The notes: generated by a model from the sequence alone, not told the origin. DNA of 64,000 bases from Eledone cirrhosa (GCA_964016885.1 OZ024760.1:33666001-33730000); one strand, 5' to 3'; counted from the first letter of the stretch, positions 43,977 to 59,521 are shown. Program-made: numbers and translations.

Positions 43977-45313
43977 AAAGAACACAAGAGCGTCTACAAC
44001 ATCAAAACATTTTTATTGGCTTACAATGTTTCTTCCTTACGTAACCGTAGGATTCTTCAGAGCTATAAAAGGGGGTTTGATTGGTGTTATGGACTCTACC
44101 AACCAAACATTGTACCACAGATGCGATCTCACTCTGCCTCGTTAATGTTCAATCAACACCAAAGTTCTACGTTCTGGGCAATATAATTGAATCCAACCAC
44201 CGACAACATAGTTGGATGACCGATAATCACACCAAACCGGAGTACTGTGATCCTTGTGATTTCGAGATATACAACCACTGATAGTGTAACGAAGACCAGA
44301 AAACCATACTCCATAATATTGAATCAAGTGATTGATTTGTGCGACCAAAATAACACCACACACATATTGGGTCGGCAATGAACTAGGAATATTAGATCCT
44401 CCGTCAATGTCCGGGTAAGCACAAATAGATTTCTATCTGCATTGAAATTTACGAACTTGTGCATCTGCTGTTGGGTCAAACACAAACGCACACGACCGCA
44501 CAGATGAGCGATGGACTATGCCATATGGGTTGAACTTGCAAGTGAATTGAAGGATGTGTAACTCTGATATACATATTATTTATTATTAAGATGTATAAAC
44601 TTGACATAACTATTATCATCTTATATTCTCTCAACTAATCACATTTGATTATATTTCTCTCTCCCGTTTTCTCCCCCCATATTTATAATATTTTTATTTG
44701 ACAAAATCTGTTTTTTTACATTGTATTTTTCCCTTTCTAATACTTGCTTATATTTTTTATATATTCTCTATATATTTTTTATATATATTTTTTTATCTTT
44801 ATTCTTATTTTCATTTTTATCCTCCTTTATATTTTATTTTATTCTTACTTTTATACCTTATTATAGTGTAATCTTCCCCATGCCTTATTATACATTATTA
44901 ACTATAGATTATTATTACTCTTATTCCATTTCTAATTACCTCATGTACTTTCTCCTCCGTTATATATATATTGTATGCCCTTTGTGTGTGTGTAGCCTCT
45001 GCACACCCTCTGCACCCTACTCTCGGTGCCACCCCATCTATGGCTCCACTAACCACTCGACTCCCGGGAATGAATATGACCACAGCTAGTAAACAAGGAC
45101 CCACACCCCACCCTAAAATTAGACTTATTGTCCTCTGCTTTTGCTCTTTACTCTCTTTACTCTTTGTTCTTGAATGTTTGGTTGGTAGAGTCCATAACAC
45201 CAATCAAACCCCTTTTATAGCTCTGAAGAATCCTACAGTTACGTAAGGAAGAAACATTGTAAGCCAATAAAAATGTTTTGATGTTGTAGACGCTCTTGTG
45301 TTCTTTATCATAT
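43973..45313 (+). mobile_element. Degenerate PLE 3' remnant with inverted pLTR; hammerheads at 45220-45264 (+) and ~44019-44064 (-)
   Basis: Arms 43973-44110 vs 45175-45313; gct CTGAAGA ATCCTAC..GTAAGGAA GAAA CATTG TA agc; decayed PYGLN peptide near 44520. Confidence 0.7.
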
Positions 45314-45406
45314 ATACGGCTCTGCTCCAAGGCATAGAGCTAATTATTATGCTGCCAATACCTTAATGGGACACGGGTATACAATACCTAACTCCTATTA
45401 ACCTAA

Positions 45407-45522
<116 letters not shown>

Positions 45523-45872
45523 TTAGCGAGGTTTTTGATATGAAATTGTGTGTCGAAACAAATATTGTTATACTTGGGGAGGGTCATATTGTTGTAATAA
45601 TATTGCCAGAAATTATTACAACAATATGACCCTCCCCAAGTGTAGATATATAGATATGTGTATCCAGGGTTCAATCGGGGGTAATCACAGTAAGTAAGGT
45701 ACTCAATACACAATAGAGTATACATATTGATGATTTCCTTCGAATGGGACAGTTCTGGTCATAGAGAAGCCATTTCTATGTTATAGTCACACGAGTACTC
45801 AATACAGTGAATAAACAGGCGAAACTCCAGAGTAAGAAGACACTCTGGTCTGACTTACACACACACACACAC

Positions 45873-46032
<160 letters not shown>

Positions 46033-46747
46033 TGGGGTTCTGAGACCGAGGAGACAACTAATCACGGGAGTACTCAATATATGGGAAAATGCAGAGTGGG
46101 TATAGAGAGAGGGGTAAAATCCCGATCGCTTGGAGATTTACCTTTCATCCTTACGGGGTTGATAAACTAAAGTACCAGTCACGCAATGGGTCGGTTTAAT
46201 CGACTTTCCCCTCCTACCACCTCAAATTGTTGGCCTTGTGACTAAAATAGAAATTATTGTTGCTATTGTTGTTAATGATGACATTGACACAATAAATGGG
46301 AAATGAAGAGAGAAAGAGAAACGGGATGGGTGAGAAGAAAAAGTTTCACGTTTTATATTTCTTTTTATTGTTTATAACAGAGAAAAGAAACGAAACCAGA
46401 ATTTTGGCATATTTTGTATTTCGTCTGTGACTTTCCCCAACCCCGTCCACCCCCTCCGCCTCTCTCCCACCTCTTTCACCATTTCTTTTGTTTCCATGTC
46501 AAGGTTAAAAAACAAGTATGAATTATGATGTATAATGTTGACTACTTTTAAGACACAAAAGAATAAAAGTGGTAATGACGATAACACTACTGCCACTACC
46601 ACTGTATATATACTGCCACTACCATTGTATAACACTACTGCCACTACCACTGTATATATATACTGCCACTACCACTGTATATATATGAAGAGTTTCAAAA
46701 CTCCCACGGCTGAGCTCCGGCCGTTTCGACAACTAGATCCGAACGTA

Positions 46748-46796
<49 letters not shown>

Positions 46797-46837
46797 CTCT
46801 GCATGCAAATATAGTTATATTTTTACCCTTGCTATAA

Positions 46838-46941
<104 letters not shown>

Positions 46942-46976
46942 TTTAAGCACCGATTCTTTGCTTAAATTTTAATCTG

Positions 46977-47009
<33 letters not shown>

Positions 47010-47181
47010 ATCAGGATACACTGAGGATGTAGAACCCAGAGGTGTACGGGAGCCTCCCGAAAGTAGTACAAAGGAGACTGGGGTTAGCTGGACATGTTCA
47101 CCGACATCCAAAGTTGGCACTCCACCCAGTGCTCCTGTGGGAGCCACTGCACGGACACACTGGATGAGGGAGACCGAGGTT

Positions 47182-47288
<107 letters not shown>

Positions 47289-47291
47289 CTA

Positions 47292-48773
47292 TCTAGGGCG
47301 GGTAAAATTCCCGAGATCCATGGACGAGTTCTTTCCAGCGGTCTCTGTCCCTCATTATCTCTGCCATGTCCTGCGTCTCCAACAGACCAGTGTCTGTCCT
47401 TAGGGCATCAACATACGTTAACCTTGGTCTTCCTCTTCCAGTGTGTCCATGTAGGGGCTCCCACAGGAGCACTGAGTGCAATGTCAACTCTGGATGTCGG
47501 TGAGCATGTCCAGCTAACCTCAGTCTCCTCTGTGTCACTTTTAAGCTGACTTTTGGGAGGCTTCCATACAGCTCTGAGTTTTTCATCCTCAGTGTATACT
47601 GATTAATGTTCAGAGCCATCCTCAGCATTCTCGTGTAGCACCCATCCACCATCTGAGTGAGTTTCTTGGTCAGTGTCCAAGTCTCAGACCCGTACAATAG
47701 CACAGACTCCACTACAGCAACGAAGAGGCGGATTTTCAGGTCTTTACAAAGGCTCATGGAGAAAATGGAGTGGCATCAGAAGTGATGAAGAGGTGTGATT
47801 TTGATGGGGTTCTGTAACCGGGCACTGGAGAAAGGAGTTGCCCCGAATCAGTGGATGATCAGTAACATCGTTCCAGTGACAAAGAAGGGAGATCTCTCTA
47901 ACACCAACAACTACAGGGGGATCTCACTGACGTCAATTGTGGCAAAGACCCTCAACAGGATGATTCTTAACAGGATCCAGCCTGAGATGGAGAAGAAGAT
48001 CAGGGACATCCAGAACGGCTTCAGAGAGGGAAGATCAACCACCAGTCACATCCTGATGCTGAGGAGGATATTAGAGGGAGCTAGAGCAAAGTACCTTCCT
48101 GTGGTCATGGTTTTAATTGACTTTAGGAAGGCCTTTGATTATGTGGACCGTCACTGCCTGATGAAGATCTTACAGGCTTATGGAATCCCCAAGAAGATAG
48201 TGGACCTGATATCACTGCTCTACACCAACACCAAAGCCCAAGTCATTACACCTGATGGGATGACAGAGTTCTTTGAGATACTGGCTGGAGTGCTCCAGGG
48301 AGATACATTGGCTCCCTAGTTTTTTATCCCCGTAGTGGACTATTGTATGCGCCTTGCACTGGAGAAACACCAGGACTCTGGCTTTACTGCAGCACCGGCT
48401 CAGAGCAGGAGAGTTAAAGCGAAAAAGGTATCAGATGCTGAATTTGCCGACGACATAGATTTGGTGACAAATACAGTGAAGGAGGCAGAGGATTTGATGC
48501 GGGAGGTTGAGACTGTGTCGATGAGTGTGGGGCTGAGAATGAATGAGACTAAAACAAAATATATGGTAGAGAATGTTGAGAAGCCAGAGGGGATCACTAA
48601 TGTAGGCGGGAAGCCGCTGGAATTGGTTGAGGGCTTCCTGTATTTGGGAGCAAAGATTGGGAATACGGAAGATGATGTGGTTTAGAGGAAGAGCAAAGCC
48701 TGGGTGGTGTGCCACAGCTTGAGATCGGTGTGGAAGTCGGACCTTCGTAAAGACCTGAAAATACGCCTCTTCA
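47292..48773. mobile_element. RTE-clade LINE with internal inversion (3' part minus 47292-47752; RT core plus 47753-48773, one in-frame stop)
   Basis: KKGD..NYRGISL, QNGFR.GRST, DFRKAFD, GVLQGDTLAP, FADD motifs. Confidence 0.92.
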
Positions 48774-48793
48774 TATATATATATATATGTATT

Positions 48794-48970
<177 letters not shown>

Positions 48971-48979
48971 GTATATATG

Positions 48980-49098
<119 letters not shown>

Positions 49099-49229
49099 TA
49101 AAGAAATATCTAGCCTGATAGTGTGGTTTATAACCCTCGGAGAAATGGAAAAAATGAGTGTTGCCGTACATGGGAGCCGAACCCACATCTTTGGTTATCC
49201 AGGCCAATGTGCTACCATTACACCAATAC

Positions 49230-49388
<159 letters not shown>

Positions 49389-49508
49389 AGGTTGGACTGG
49401 TGTAATTTCTTAAATGTTTATTATTGGCCGCCTTCTCGTCTCTGCCTTTTCAGCCCCATGGATTGTGTCTGTTATATTCCTTTATTATATTCCTTTGTTA
49501 AATTTCGA

Positions 49509-49566
49509 ATACCTGATGATGTCACCGGATTCATACTGAACCCGGTCATTGAAATGTTCATAGTAT
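49509..49566 (+). ncRNA. Type I hammerhead in a PLE-like terminus
   Basis: atac CTGATGA TG..ACCGG..CCGGT-CA.. GAAA TG-tt-CA TA gtat, then AATAAA. Confidence 0.78.
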
Positions 49567-51785
49567 AATAAACCTTTAAGGAATTACACCAGTCCAGTCT
49601 CCTGTTATTTTATAACAATTAACTCCGTACACGCACCATCAACAACACAAACGAAGACGGGTGAGTTGCATTACGTCGAGTGCTCTCCATAATATTACAT
49701 CAAGGCTGACTATACGGAATGACCAGTTCTATCCAGTGGTGAACCAACAAACCTAAATAAATAAATATATATATATATATATATATTTATTCATTTGGTC
49801 TCCTAGTTAGAATTTTAGTCTACGATTTCTGCTATACCATTTACGTGGTTTTGTCTTTGCGTGCTATTGTTCTCCACGCTCCACATATGACTTATTATCT
49901 TCGTTTTTTCGTTCATTGCCAGAGAACGTCTCTATGCACCACCTAAGAGAACATTAGTCTACGACCTCTTTTATACCATAAACGTGGTTTTGTCTTTGCG
50001 CGTAATTGTTTTTCACCGCTCCTATTAATGACGTATTATTCGTTTTTTCCCGTTCTTTGCCAGCGAACGTTACCACGAACCAAAGTATCGTCTTCCTGTC
50101 TTCCCCCGGTTGCAACGTTTTTTGAAATATCCAGTTCTGCGTTTACAGATTGACTTTGTTAGTTTCAGAAGATCCCGTTAAGGGTGAAAGCAGCGATTCT
50201 TTGCTTAAACTTTAATCTGTTATTTTAATAAATATATATATTTATATATATATATATATATATATATAGATATAGATAGGTAAATATACACGGGTGTGTA
50301 TGATTGTGTATAGAAGATTATATTAATAAGAGGAATTCCAACTTTGTCTGATTTACTCGTTTTATTTACAATCCTTTAAAATATATATAATGGTATTATA
50401 ATGAAATAGTATGATAGAATATTAAATTCTAAGTGTTAATTGAACAAGTACTTTCATGCTTTCGCAATCTTCAGGTTCATGATATGTGGTGACCGTCGAG
50501 TTTGCAATTTTCAACTGTAATGAGATGGGTAAATTTCCTACCTTTTATACATTTTATACAGAGAAAAGTGGCTCCAGAATGCAAAGCCCTGTAAACTGTA
50601 TTTCGACCAATCAGTGTGTAGTTTCACTGAATTACTACAGCTGATTGGTTTAAGCGTCACGGCTGGTTGAGCATGCTAACGACCAATAGTCATATCCAAC
50701 GTATCAATTGTTTTGTTTTTTTGAAATGATGAAAATAGCATTTTCTATTAATCATCACCATCAACATCACTTTTATTATTATTATTATTGTTGTTGTTGT
50801 TGTTGTTAGTGGTCGTGGTCATAGTGGTAGTAGAAGTAATACCCCTAGGCGTTATTATTGTTCATTTAGCTTGGGTTTGAATTTATCAATAAAATTCTTT
50901 TCTTTGATTTTTCTCTTGATTTCATTTGGGCTGTGTAATTTGTAGAATGGGAATATTATAAATATTCCCTGACCACATGTTGCCAGGTGGCCGCTTAGGG
51001 GTATCTGACGGACATTTGGGTCTCTGATTTGTTGACGGTGTACCCGTGCACGTTCCGATAGTGCATTTCCAGTTTGACCGACATATAGTTCTTCACAATT
51101 CGGGCATTTAATGCAGTAAATTAGATTTCTGCTTTTGCAGTTCATATTTGCATTTGTGAATATTTTTCCAGTTTTTGTTTTCATATATTGACCGGCGTGT
51201 ATGGATTGACATGTGCCGCATCGATTATCATTGCATTTAGATACAGTGAATGATTGGTCTTTGTTGTTAAGGTCAAACTTTGCTTTTGTTAGCAATTGCT
51301 TCAAATTTTTTGGCTGTCTTTTACTAAGAGTCAAAGATCGATCTGTGATTAAGCCTTTTAATTCATTACTTTGAGCAATGATCGGTAGGTTTGCTTTGGC
51401 AGTGTTGAAGATATTCTGGTGACATGGGTTGTGTGTCATTATAAATGGTATGACCAGTTCTTGGTTTCTTCTTCTTTGGGTTGTTCTAAGTTGTTGTATA
51501 GGTATTTTTATAGCCCGCTGTATGCCATTTTCTATAAGTAGAGATGGGTATTTTTGTTTGAGCAAAAATTCTCTTAGTTCTGTTAGGCGTTTGTACCTAA
51601 TATTCTATCATACTATTTCATTATAATACCATTATATATATTTTAAAGGATTGTAAATAAAACGAGTAAATCAGACAAAGTTGGAATTCCTCTTATTAAT
51701 ATAATCTTCTATACACAATCATACACACCCGTGTATATTTACCTATCTATATCTATATATATATTCCTATTGTGTATATGCCAAC

Positions 51786-53135
51786 ATGTCTGGAAAGCAA
51801 CAAATGAAACCAACAGAATCAGAAAGAATTCTAAAGGAGATATCATCGAAATTATCAACACTTATCACGATGATGGACACACAATCCTCTATTTTAAAGG
51901 AAATAGAAAAACAATCTACAGACGGAAAACTTATAACTGAACATATAAACTCTGAAATTAAGAATTTAGCTGAAATTATACCAACAGTTATCAAAGATAC
52001 AAGAGAAAGCCTACCACAACCCCCTTGGATGTCAGAAATAAACGAAAGAAATTTGGAAAACAAAACACATCGAATAAGAAAAGAAATGTGGAAGACATGG
52101 AAAAAATTCCTTAACATAAGAAAACAAAATTTCTGGAAAGCATACAGATGCGAAAAATATGTCGAAACACATTCGAAATGGCTCTCTCTAACGGCACCCA
52201 TACTCCCTCGTAAATACCTAATTACAGAAATTGCAGGAGAACCAGAAGAAGAAACAAAACTCCGATGGGAACTTACATTGACAAAATTCAGGACCGACAT
52301 CTCCATTTCTGAATGTAAACAATCCCGCTACAAAGCCAAATATGAAGCTATTGATGACCAAATTGAAGTTGAAATTTCAAAGCTAACTGCTGGTATTATA
52401 GCTGAAAAACTACGAGAACTATGGATCGGAGATATCTCAAAAGAAGAAAACAAATCGAGAAAGGTATGGCAGCAGAAACAATTATTTCTCGATGAATATG
52501 CTGCAAATTACGGTAAAGACTCTGGAACCCTGAGAAAAAGCATTAAAAGTGGACAATCTCATCAACACAACATACGCCAGAACACGTGCCAACACAAACA
52601 CTCACCTTACCTTGAATCAAAGAAGAACTACGGTAATAACTCTTCGCTTTTTCTACAAAAACACCCTATCGCACACAACATGAACAAAAAGCACAAACAC
52701 GGTAGGTATTCCTTTGACCAGACCATGAGAAGTAGTAAAACCAGGAGATCATTCTCAAGATCTCAACAGAGACTACCAACAAGGAATGTGGAAACAAAAC
52801 GTAGAATAACCAGATCACTCTCAAGATCTCAACAGAGATTGCCCACAAGAAACTGGACGAAAAAACGATCTAAACCTGAAAGCAAACCTAGGTCATTTTC
52901 CCAGATTGTTAAAAATAATGCTAACAGGAAGAAAAATAATATACAGAATACCAAAAATAGGACAAAATACATAACGAAACCAAATATAATATCACGACCA
53001 AAAGTTCATCAAGCGAACACCAACAGGAATATAAATCCTGAACAGAGAAAAATTCATTTTTTAACGTCAGGACAACAAAAACCGGAAAAAGAAAAACTCC
53101 AGGAGGAAACATACCCAAAACAGCTGTACACGTAG
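51786..53135 (+). CDS. PLE upstream ORF (449 aa; helical N-half, basic low-complexity C-half)
   Basis: Long stop-free ORF directly after the pLTR, overlapping the RT frame. Confidence 0.8.
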   Translation: MSGKQQMKPTESERILKEISSKLSTLITMMDTQSSILKEIEKQSTDGKLITEHINSEIKNLAEIIPTVIKDTRESLPQPPWMSEINERNLENKTHRIRKEMWKTWKKFLNIRKQNFWKAYRCEKYVETHSKWLSLTAPILPRKYLITEIAGEPEEETKLRWELTLTKFRTDISISECKQSRYKAKYEAIDDQIEVEISKLTAGIIAEKLRELWIGDISKEENKSRKVWQQKQLFLDEYAANYGKDSGTLRKSIKSGQSHQHNIRQNTCQHKHSPYLESKKNYGNNSSLFLQKHPIAHNMNKKHKHGRYSFDQTMRSSKTRRSFSRSQQRLPTRNVETKRRITRSLSRSQQRLPTRNWTKKRSKPESKPRSFSQIVKNNANRKKNNIQNTKNRTKYITKPNIISRPKVHQANTNRNINPEQRKIHFLTSGQQKPEKEKLQEETYPKQLYT

Positions 53136-55368
53136 ATCCTAAAATAATTAATTTATCTAAAAGAGATCTTGACAATGATGAAATGCAAATTCTGTCAAAA
53201 GTACTGAAATTCACACCGACTCCAACAGTCAACCACCAAGAACTGAAGGAGGATACCCAAGAATTCTGTCGAAAATTACGTCTTGTAGAATTCTTCGCTG
53301 ATAAAAATAATGAGAGTGATGAATCACTAGTAAAGAATAAATCAAATTTCACTCCGCCAAAAGGAAGAAATATCTATCTCGACCAATACATTGACATCCT
53401 GTCTAAATTTCCTCTTAGACATAATACTAATGTTAGGCCAAACATTAACAAATCAGAAATGTCTGCACTTAAACGTATACAAAATGATAAAACAATAATA
53501 ATTAAACAAGCAGATAAAGGGGGTGCAGTTGTTATAATGGATACTGAATACTACAAGGATTTGGTTGAGGAACAACTGAAAGACACAACATTCTATCATG
53601 AAATACCGTCAAATATAGACCACAACATCATGAAGAAGATCAACAACCTGGCTTCAAAATACCACAACTCATTTACTGATAAGGAAAGAGACTACATCAC
53701 CAATTTTGAGCCGAAACCCAGCAACCTGTATGGCCTACCGAAAGTTCACAAGTCAAAAGAAATACAACTGGCAGTAAGAGAACAAAACAGTGAGTACATT
53801 AAATTATTACACCCAAAAGACTTAAAACTTAGACCTATTATAGCTGGTCCAACATGCCCCACTCACCGTCTAAGCAATTTTGTTGACATTATTTTGAAAC
53901 CACTATGTATTCACATACCCAGTTTCATCCGGGATGATATCGACTTCCTGTCCCATCTTCCCAAAACCACGGAAACGAATTCACTTCTACTCAGTTTTGA
54001 TGTGGTAAGCCTTTACACCAACATTACACATGATTTAGGAATAAAGGCGGTTAAATACTGGGTGGAAAAACATAGAGAAGTGATTCCCATTAGATTCACA
54101 GCGCCATTTATATTAGACGCAGTTAAACTTATTCTGGAAAACAACACTTTCTTCTTCAATGGAAAGAATTACATCCAAATTAGAGGCACAGCGATGGGAA
54201 CGAAGTTTGCTCCCGTTTCGCGAACTCTGTAATGGGATACTTAGAACAACAACTCTACCAAGAAATAGAGGAAAAATATAGTACTGACTTTAGAAAGTAC
54301 ATTGAAAAATCTTGGAAGAGATACCTTGACGACTGTTTCATCATCTGGACAGAATCTTTAGATACTCTGGATGAGTTCAATATCCTCCTGAATAACCTAC
54401 ACCCATCTCTCCAATTCACAAAAGAGATGAGTAGGACCAAATTACCATTCCTAGATATAATGATAATCAAAAACGACACCACCATTACCACGGATATATA
54501 TTATAAACACACAGACACCCATCAATATCTGAATTTTAAGTCGTGCCATCCACCTCATACAAAACGCAACATCCCATACTGCCTAGCCAGAAGAATTTGT
54601 ACCATTGTAGAAGATACGAATACCAGGTACAAACGCCTAACAGAACTAAGAGAATTTTTGCTCAAACAAAAATACCCATCTCTACTTATAGAAAATGGCA
54701 TACAGCGGGCTATAAAAATACCTATACAACAACTTAGAACAACCCAAAGAAGAAGAAACCAAGAACTGGTCATACCATTTATAATGACACACAACCCATG
54801 TCACCAGAATATCTTCAACACTGCCAAAGCAAACCTACCGATCATTGCTCAAAGTAATGAATTAAAAGGCTTAATCACAGATCGATCTTTGACTCTTAGT
54901 AAAAGACAGCCAAAAAATTTGAAGCAATTGCTAACAAAAGCAAAGTTTGACCTTAACAACAAAGACCAATCATTCACTGTATCTAAATGCAATGATAATC
55001 GATGCGGCACATGTCAATCCATACACGCCGGTCAATATATGAAAACAAAAACTGGAAAAATATTCACAAATGCAAATATGAACTGCAAAAGCAGAAATCT
55101 AATTTACTGCATTAAATGCCCGAATTGTGAAGAACTATATGTCGGTCAAACTGGAAATGCACTATCGGAACGTGCACGGGTACACCGTCAACAAATCAGA
55201 GACCCAAATGTCCGTCAGATACCCCTAAGCGGCCACCTGGCAACATGTGGTCAGGGAATATTTATAATATTCCCATTCTACAAATTACACAGCCCAAATG
55301 AAATCAAGAGAAAAATCAAAGAAAAGAATTTTATTGATAAATTCAAACCCAAGCTAAATGAACAATAA
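53057..55368 (+). CDS. PLE RT plus GIY-YIG endonuclease (one frameshift lesion near 54215-54232)
   Basis: IINLS..L..E..LSK.LKF.PTP, ADKGGAVV, YGLPKVHK, FDVVSLYTNI, GTAMGT, RYLDD, C..RC.TC linker, LIY..YVGQTG. Confidence 0.92.
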
Positions 55369-55743
55369 TAACGCCTAGGGGTATTACTTCTACTACCACT
55401 ATGACCACGACCACTAACAACAACAACAACAACAATAATAATAATAATAAAAGTGATGTTGATGGTGATGATTAATAGAAAATGCTATTTTCATCATTTC
55501 AAAAAAGCAAAACAATTGATACGTTGGATATGACTATTGGTCGTTAGCATGCTCAACCAGCCGTGACGCTTAAACCAATCAGCTGTAGTAATTCAGTGAA
55601 ACTACACACTGATTGGTCGAAATACAGTTTACAGGGCTTTGCATTCTGGAGCCACTTTTCTCTGTATAAAATGTATAAAAGGTAGGAAATTTACCCATCT
55701 CATTACAGTTGAAAATTGCAAACTCGACGGTCACCACATATCA

Positions 55744-55782
55744 TGAACCTGAAGATTGCGAAAGCATGAAAGTACTTGTTCA
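55744..55782 (+). ncRNA. pLTR hammerhead of the Neptune-like PLE; copies at 50441-50479 (-) and 43527-43565 (+)
   Basis: tgaac CTGAAGA T-TGC-gaaa-GCA-T GAAA GTAC TT gttca. Confidence 0.85.
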
Positions 55783-55896
55783 ATTAACACTTAGAATTTA
55801 ATATTCTATCATACTATTTCATTATAATACCATTATATATATTTTAAAGGATTGTAAATAAAACGAGTAAATCAGACAAAGTTGGAATTCCTCTTA

Positions 55897-55978
<82 letters not shown>

Positions 55979-56099
55979 TATATATATATATTTATATATA
56001 TATATTTATATATATATATCTATATATATATATCTATATATATATATCTATATATATATATTTATATATATATATTTATATATATATATTTATATATAG

Positions 56100-56399
56100 C
56101 GGCGATGAATTAGTTTTGCGAGGTTTTTTATATGAAATCGTGTGTCGAAACAGATATTGTTATATTTGGGGAGGGTCATATTTGCGTAATATTGCCAGAA
56201 TTAATAACAGAACACACTCACTGTTTGGTTGGTTTTCGCTTCTCGCTGTCTTTTATATATATATATCTGCGATCTAACTTACTCGGTCCTCAATGTTGCC
56301 ATTGACTGACCGGCGGTCAAAAATAATACAGATACAATATAGACAAACACATATATATATAGTTTACATAATTTACATATATATATATATATATATATA

Positions 56400-56430
<31 letters not shown>

Positions 56431-56480
56431 TAATTCTGGCAATATTACGCAAATATGACCCTCCCCAAATATAACAATAT
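56100..56480. repeat. 'Family B' dispersed repeat (atgaccctccccaaatataacaatat...), also ~13340, 15260, 20640, 21590, 24655, 42180, 45520
   Basis: Recurrent fragment next to (TA)n; contains GAAA-stem III-like 3' half of a hammerhead. Confidence 0.7.
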
Positions 56481-56519
56481 TTATATATATATATTTATAT
56501 ATATATATTTATATATATA

Positions 56520-56652
<133 letters not shown>

Positions 56653-56683
56653 ATATATTTATATATATTTATATATATATATT

Positions 56684-56797
<114 letters not shown>

Positions 56798-56799
56798 TA

Positions 56800-57022
<223 letters not shown>

Positions 57023-57053
57023 TTATATATATATATATTTATATATATTTATA

Positions 57054-57119
<66 letters not shown>

Positions 57120-57785
57120 TATATATATATATTTATTAATACAATAACAGAGATAGTTTAAAGCTATATATATATTTATTTATATATATATATATATATG
57201 TGAAAAAATGGGGAGAAGAATACTGCAGGTTGCACATGGATAACATGTTATAAAATGAGTCCCTCATCAATGATTTGCCGACGATCATAGATATTTCATT
57301 GCATTAAAAATCATATACCTCACCTCGGTGCAATAATAACTAAATGAAGTTATTAGGACAATTAAAACGCGTAAAGCGAGTGAGACAAGTAAACAACAAA
57401 GAGGAAAGCTAACCGTAGAGAGGAAGGGAACAAGCTACATAGTTATTCTGTTAGCATAAGCTAGGTGAATATATGAGCGCTTAGAAAAAAGACCTTTCGA
57501 GATGAATCCAAATGTGAGAAAGAAGGAAAATGTATTCGTCGTGAACGGGGTGAAGTGAGAAGGGGAGAAACAGTGAGTGAGTGAGTGGAAGTGTGAGGAA
57601 GAGTTAACTGACATGACAGAGGGGGCGAAAGAAAGTAGGAGAAACAGAGAGAACGAGGGAGCAGTAAGAGAGAGAGAGAGAAAAACAGAATCGCAGTTTA
57701 GGTAAATATATGTGAAAAAATGGGGAGAAGAATACTGCAGGTTGCACATGGATAACATGTTATAAAATGAGTCCCTCATATATAT

Positions 57786-57818
<33 letters not shown>

Positions 57819-58325
57819 ATGTTATCCAAGGGAAAAGGCAAAGGCTGGTATAGCTTGGCTCCAGTGTCGTTGTAATTGTGAGCCATATATTTTTCAACTG
57901 GAGGAGATTGAAATAAAAAGTGTCTTGCCTAAGGACACACAACACAGCCAGGCGAGGTCCAGAAATGAAATTCACGACATTACAATTGTAAATTCTACAC
58001 ACCAACTTCTAAACCACGTGTCTTCACGATTTACTATTAAAAATCTATTTAACTAAGATGTCGAATTTGATTACCGAACCATCTGTTTTAGTGACAGACT
58101 TACATTAACTTCACCAATGGAGATATTTTCAACTACTTTAAGACGTGTGACATTTAATCACATCTTGTACACACATAATGAGAAACATTTTTTTTCAATC
58201 ATACATATATAAACACACATGGCTGTACATACATACATACATATATACAGGTATACATACATACATACATGTATACATACATGTATATATACATGTATGT
58301 ATACATATATGTATAGGTGTGTGTG

Positions 58326-58365
<40 letters not shown>

Positions 58366-58401
58366 CACACACACATATATATATATGTGTATATATATGT
58401 G

Positions 58402-58480
<79 letters not shown>

Positions 58481-59025
58481 TATTTATGTGTGTGTGTGCG
58501 AGTTTTGTATATATGTATGTGTGTGTACATGCATATATATGTGTGTTTGTGTTTGAGTATGTGTATGTATATGTGTGTATGTTTGTGTATGTATGATACA
58601 CAAACCGCCGCTTGTTTATAATGACAACGAATATGAAAAACAACCAGTCCTTATAATATAATATTGACATTAACACAAACATCAGAAGCTTTGACAGCGG
58701 CCATTTTAATTTCTCCCATTGTTTCATGGCCATCTGTCCGTCCTCAAAGATGTCAAATCTAACAACCTCACGAACCTTCAAATGTCTTCTTACATTGATA
58801 AATATTTACATTATCGACCACACGGCTTTAACCCTTCAGATTTTAACGGAATATTAACGAAAATATACAATATCGATCACTCAGCTTTAACCCTCCATAT
58901 TTCAACGGAATACTCAGCAAATGGCTTCCATCTTATGAAATATACTCTTCCTCTTCCACCTCCTTATCCTCATCATAATCGTCGTCATCATCATCATCCA
59001 CATCGAAGTACTACACTAATTATTA

Positions 59026-59027
59026 TG

Positions 59028-59071
<44 letters not shown>

Positions 59072-59190
59072 CACTACCACTACTACCACTACCACTACTA
59101 CTACTACTGCTACCACCACTACTACCACTACTACCACTAATACCACTACCACTACCACTACTACTACTAACACCACCACCACCACTACTC
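59026..59190. repeat. (ACT/ACC)n trinucleotide repeat
   Basis: Directly visible. Confidence 0.95.
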
Positions 59191-59521
59191 TAAAGGCCAG
59201 TGTCTCGTATGACTATGTCACGCACAACCAAACCTCCCCTCATACACACACTCACGCACACACACACACACAGACACTCATACTCACACACACACTCACA
59301 CACACACACACACTCACATACACACCCACCCACTCACAGTCACACACACACACACAGACACACACTCACACACACACACACACTTTCACACACACACACA
59401 CACACACGGAGCTGAATTAATTAGAACTCTTAATACAAATCTGTTATTGACTCTTGTTCTCGAACAGAACAGAAAATTCAATTGTAGAAAATTGATATAG
59501 ACATAAATAAACACACAGCCT

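Larger units (their letters stand above)
50265..55900 (+). mobile_element. Near full-length Neptune-like Penelope element with 1.3-kb inverted 3' copy (50265-51597) and partial 5' pLTR (51598-51760)
   Basis: Inverted arm matches 54626-55900; (TA)n on both sides; related solo fragment at 43490-43680. Confidence 0.92.

Noticed and set aside
54200-54235. Second frameshift in the Neptune-like PLE
   Set aside because: Falls inside the conserved GTKFAP..A.L.MG motif with no slippery heptamer; a mutation or sequencing error.
58719-59420. Poly-Thr mucin-like ORF
   Set aside because: Trinucleotide plus CA repeat with no splice or domain support.
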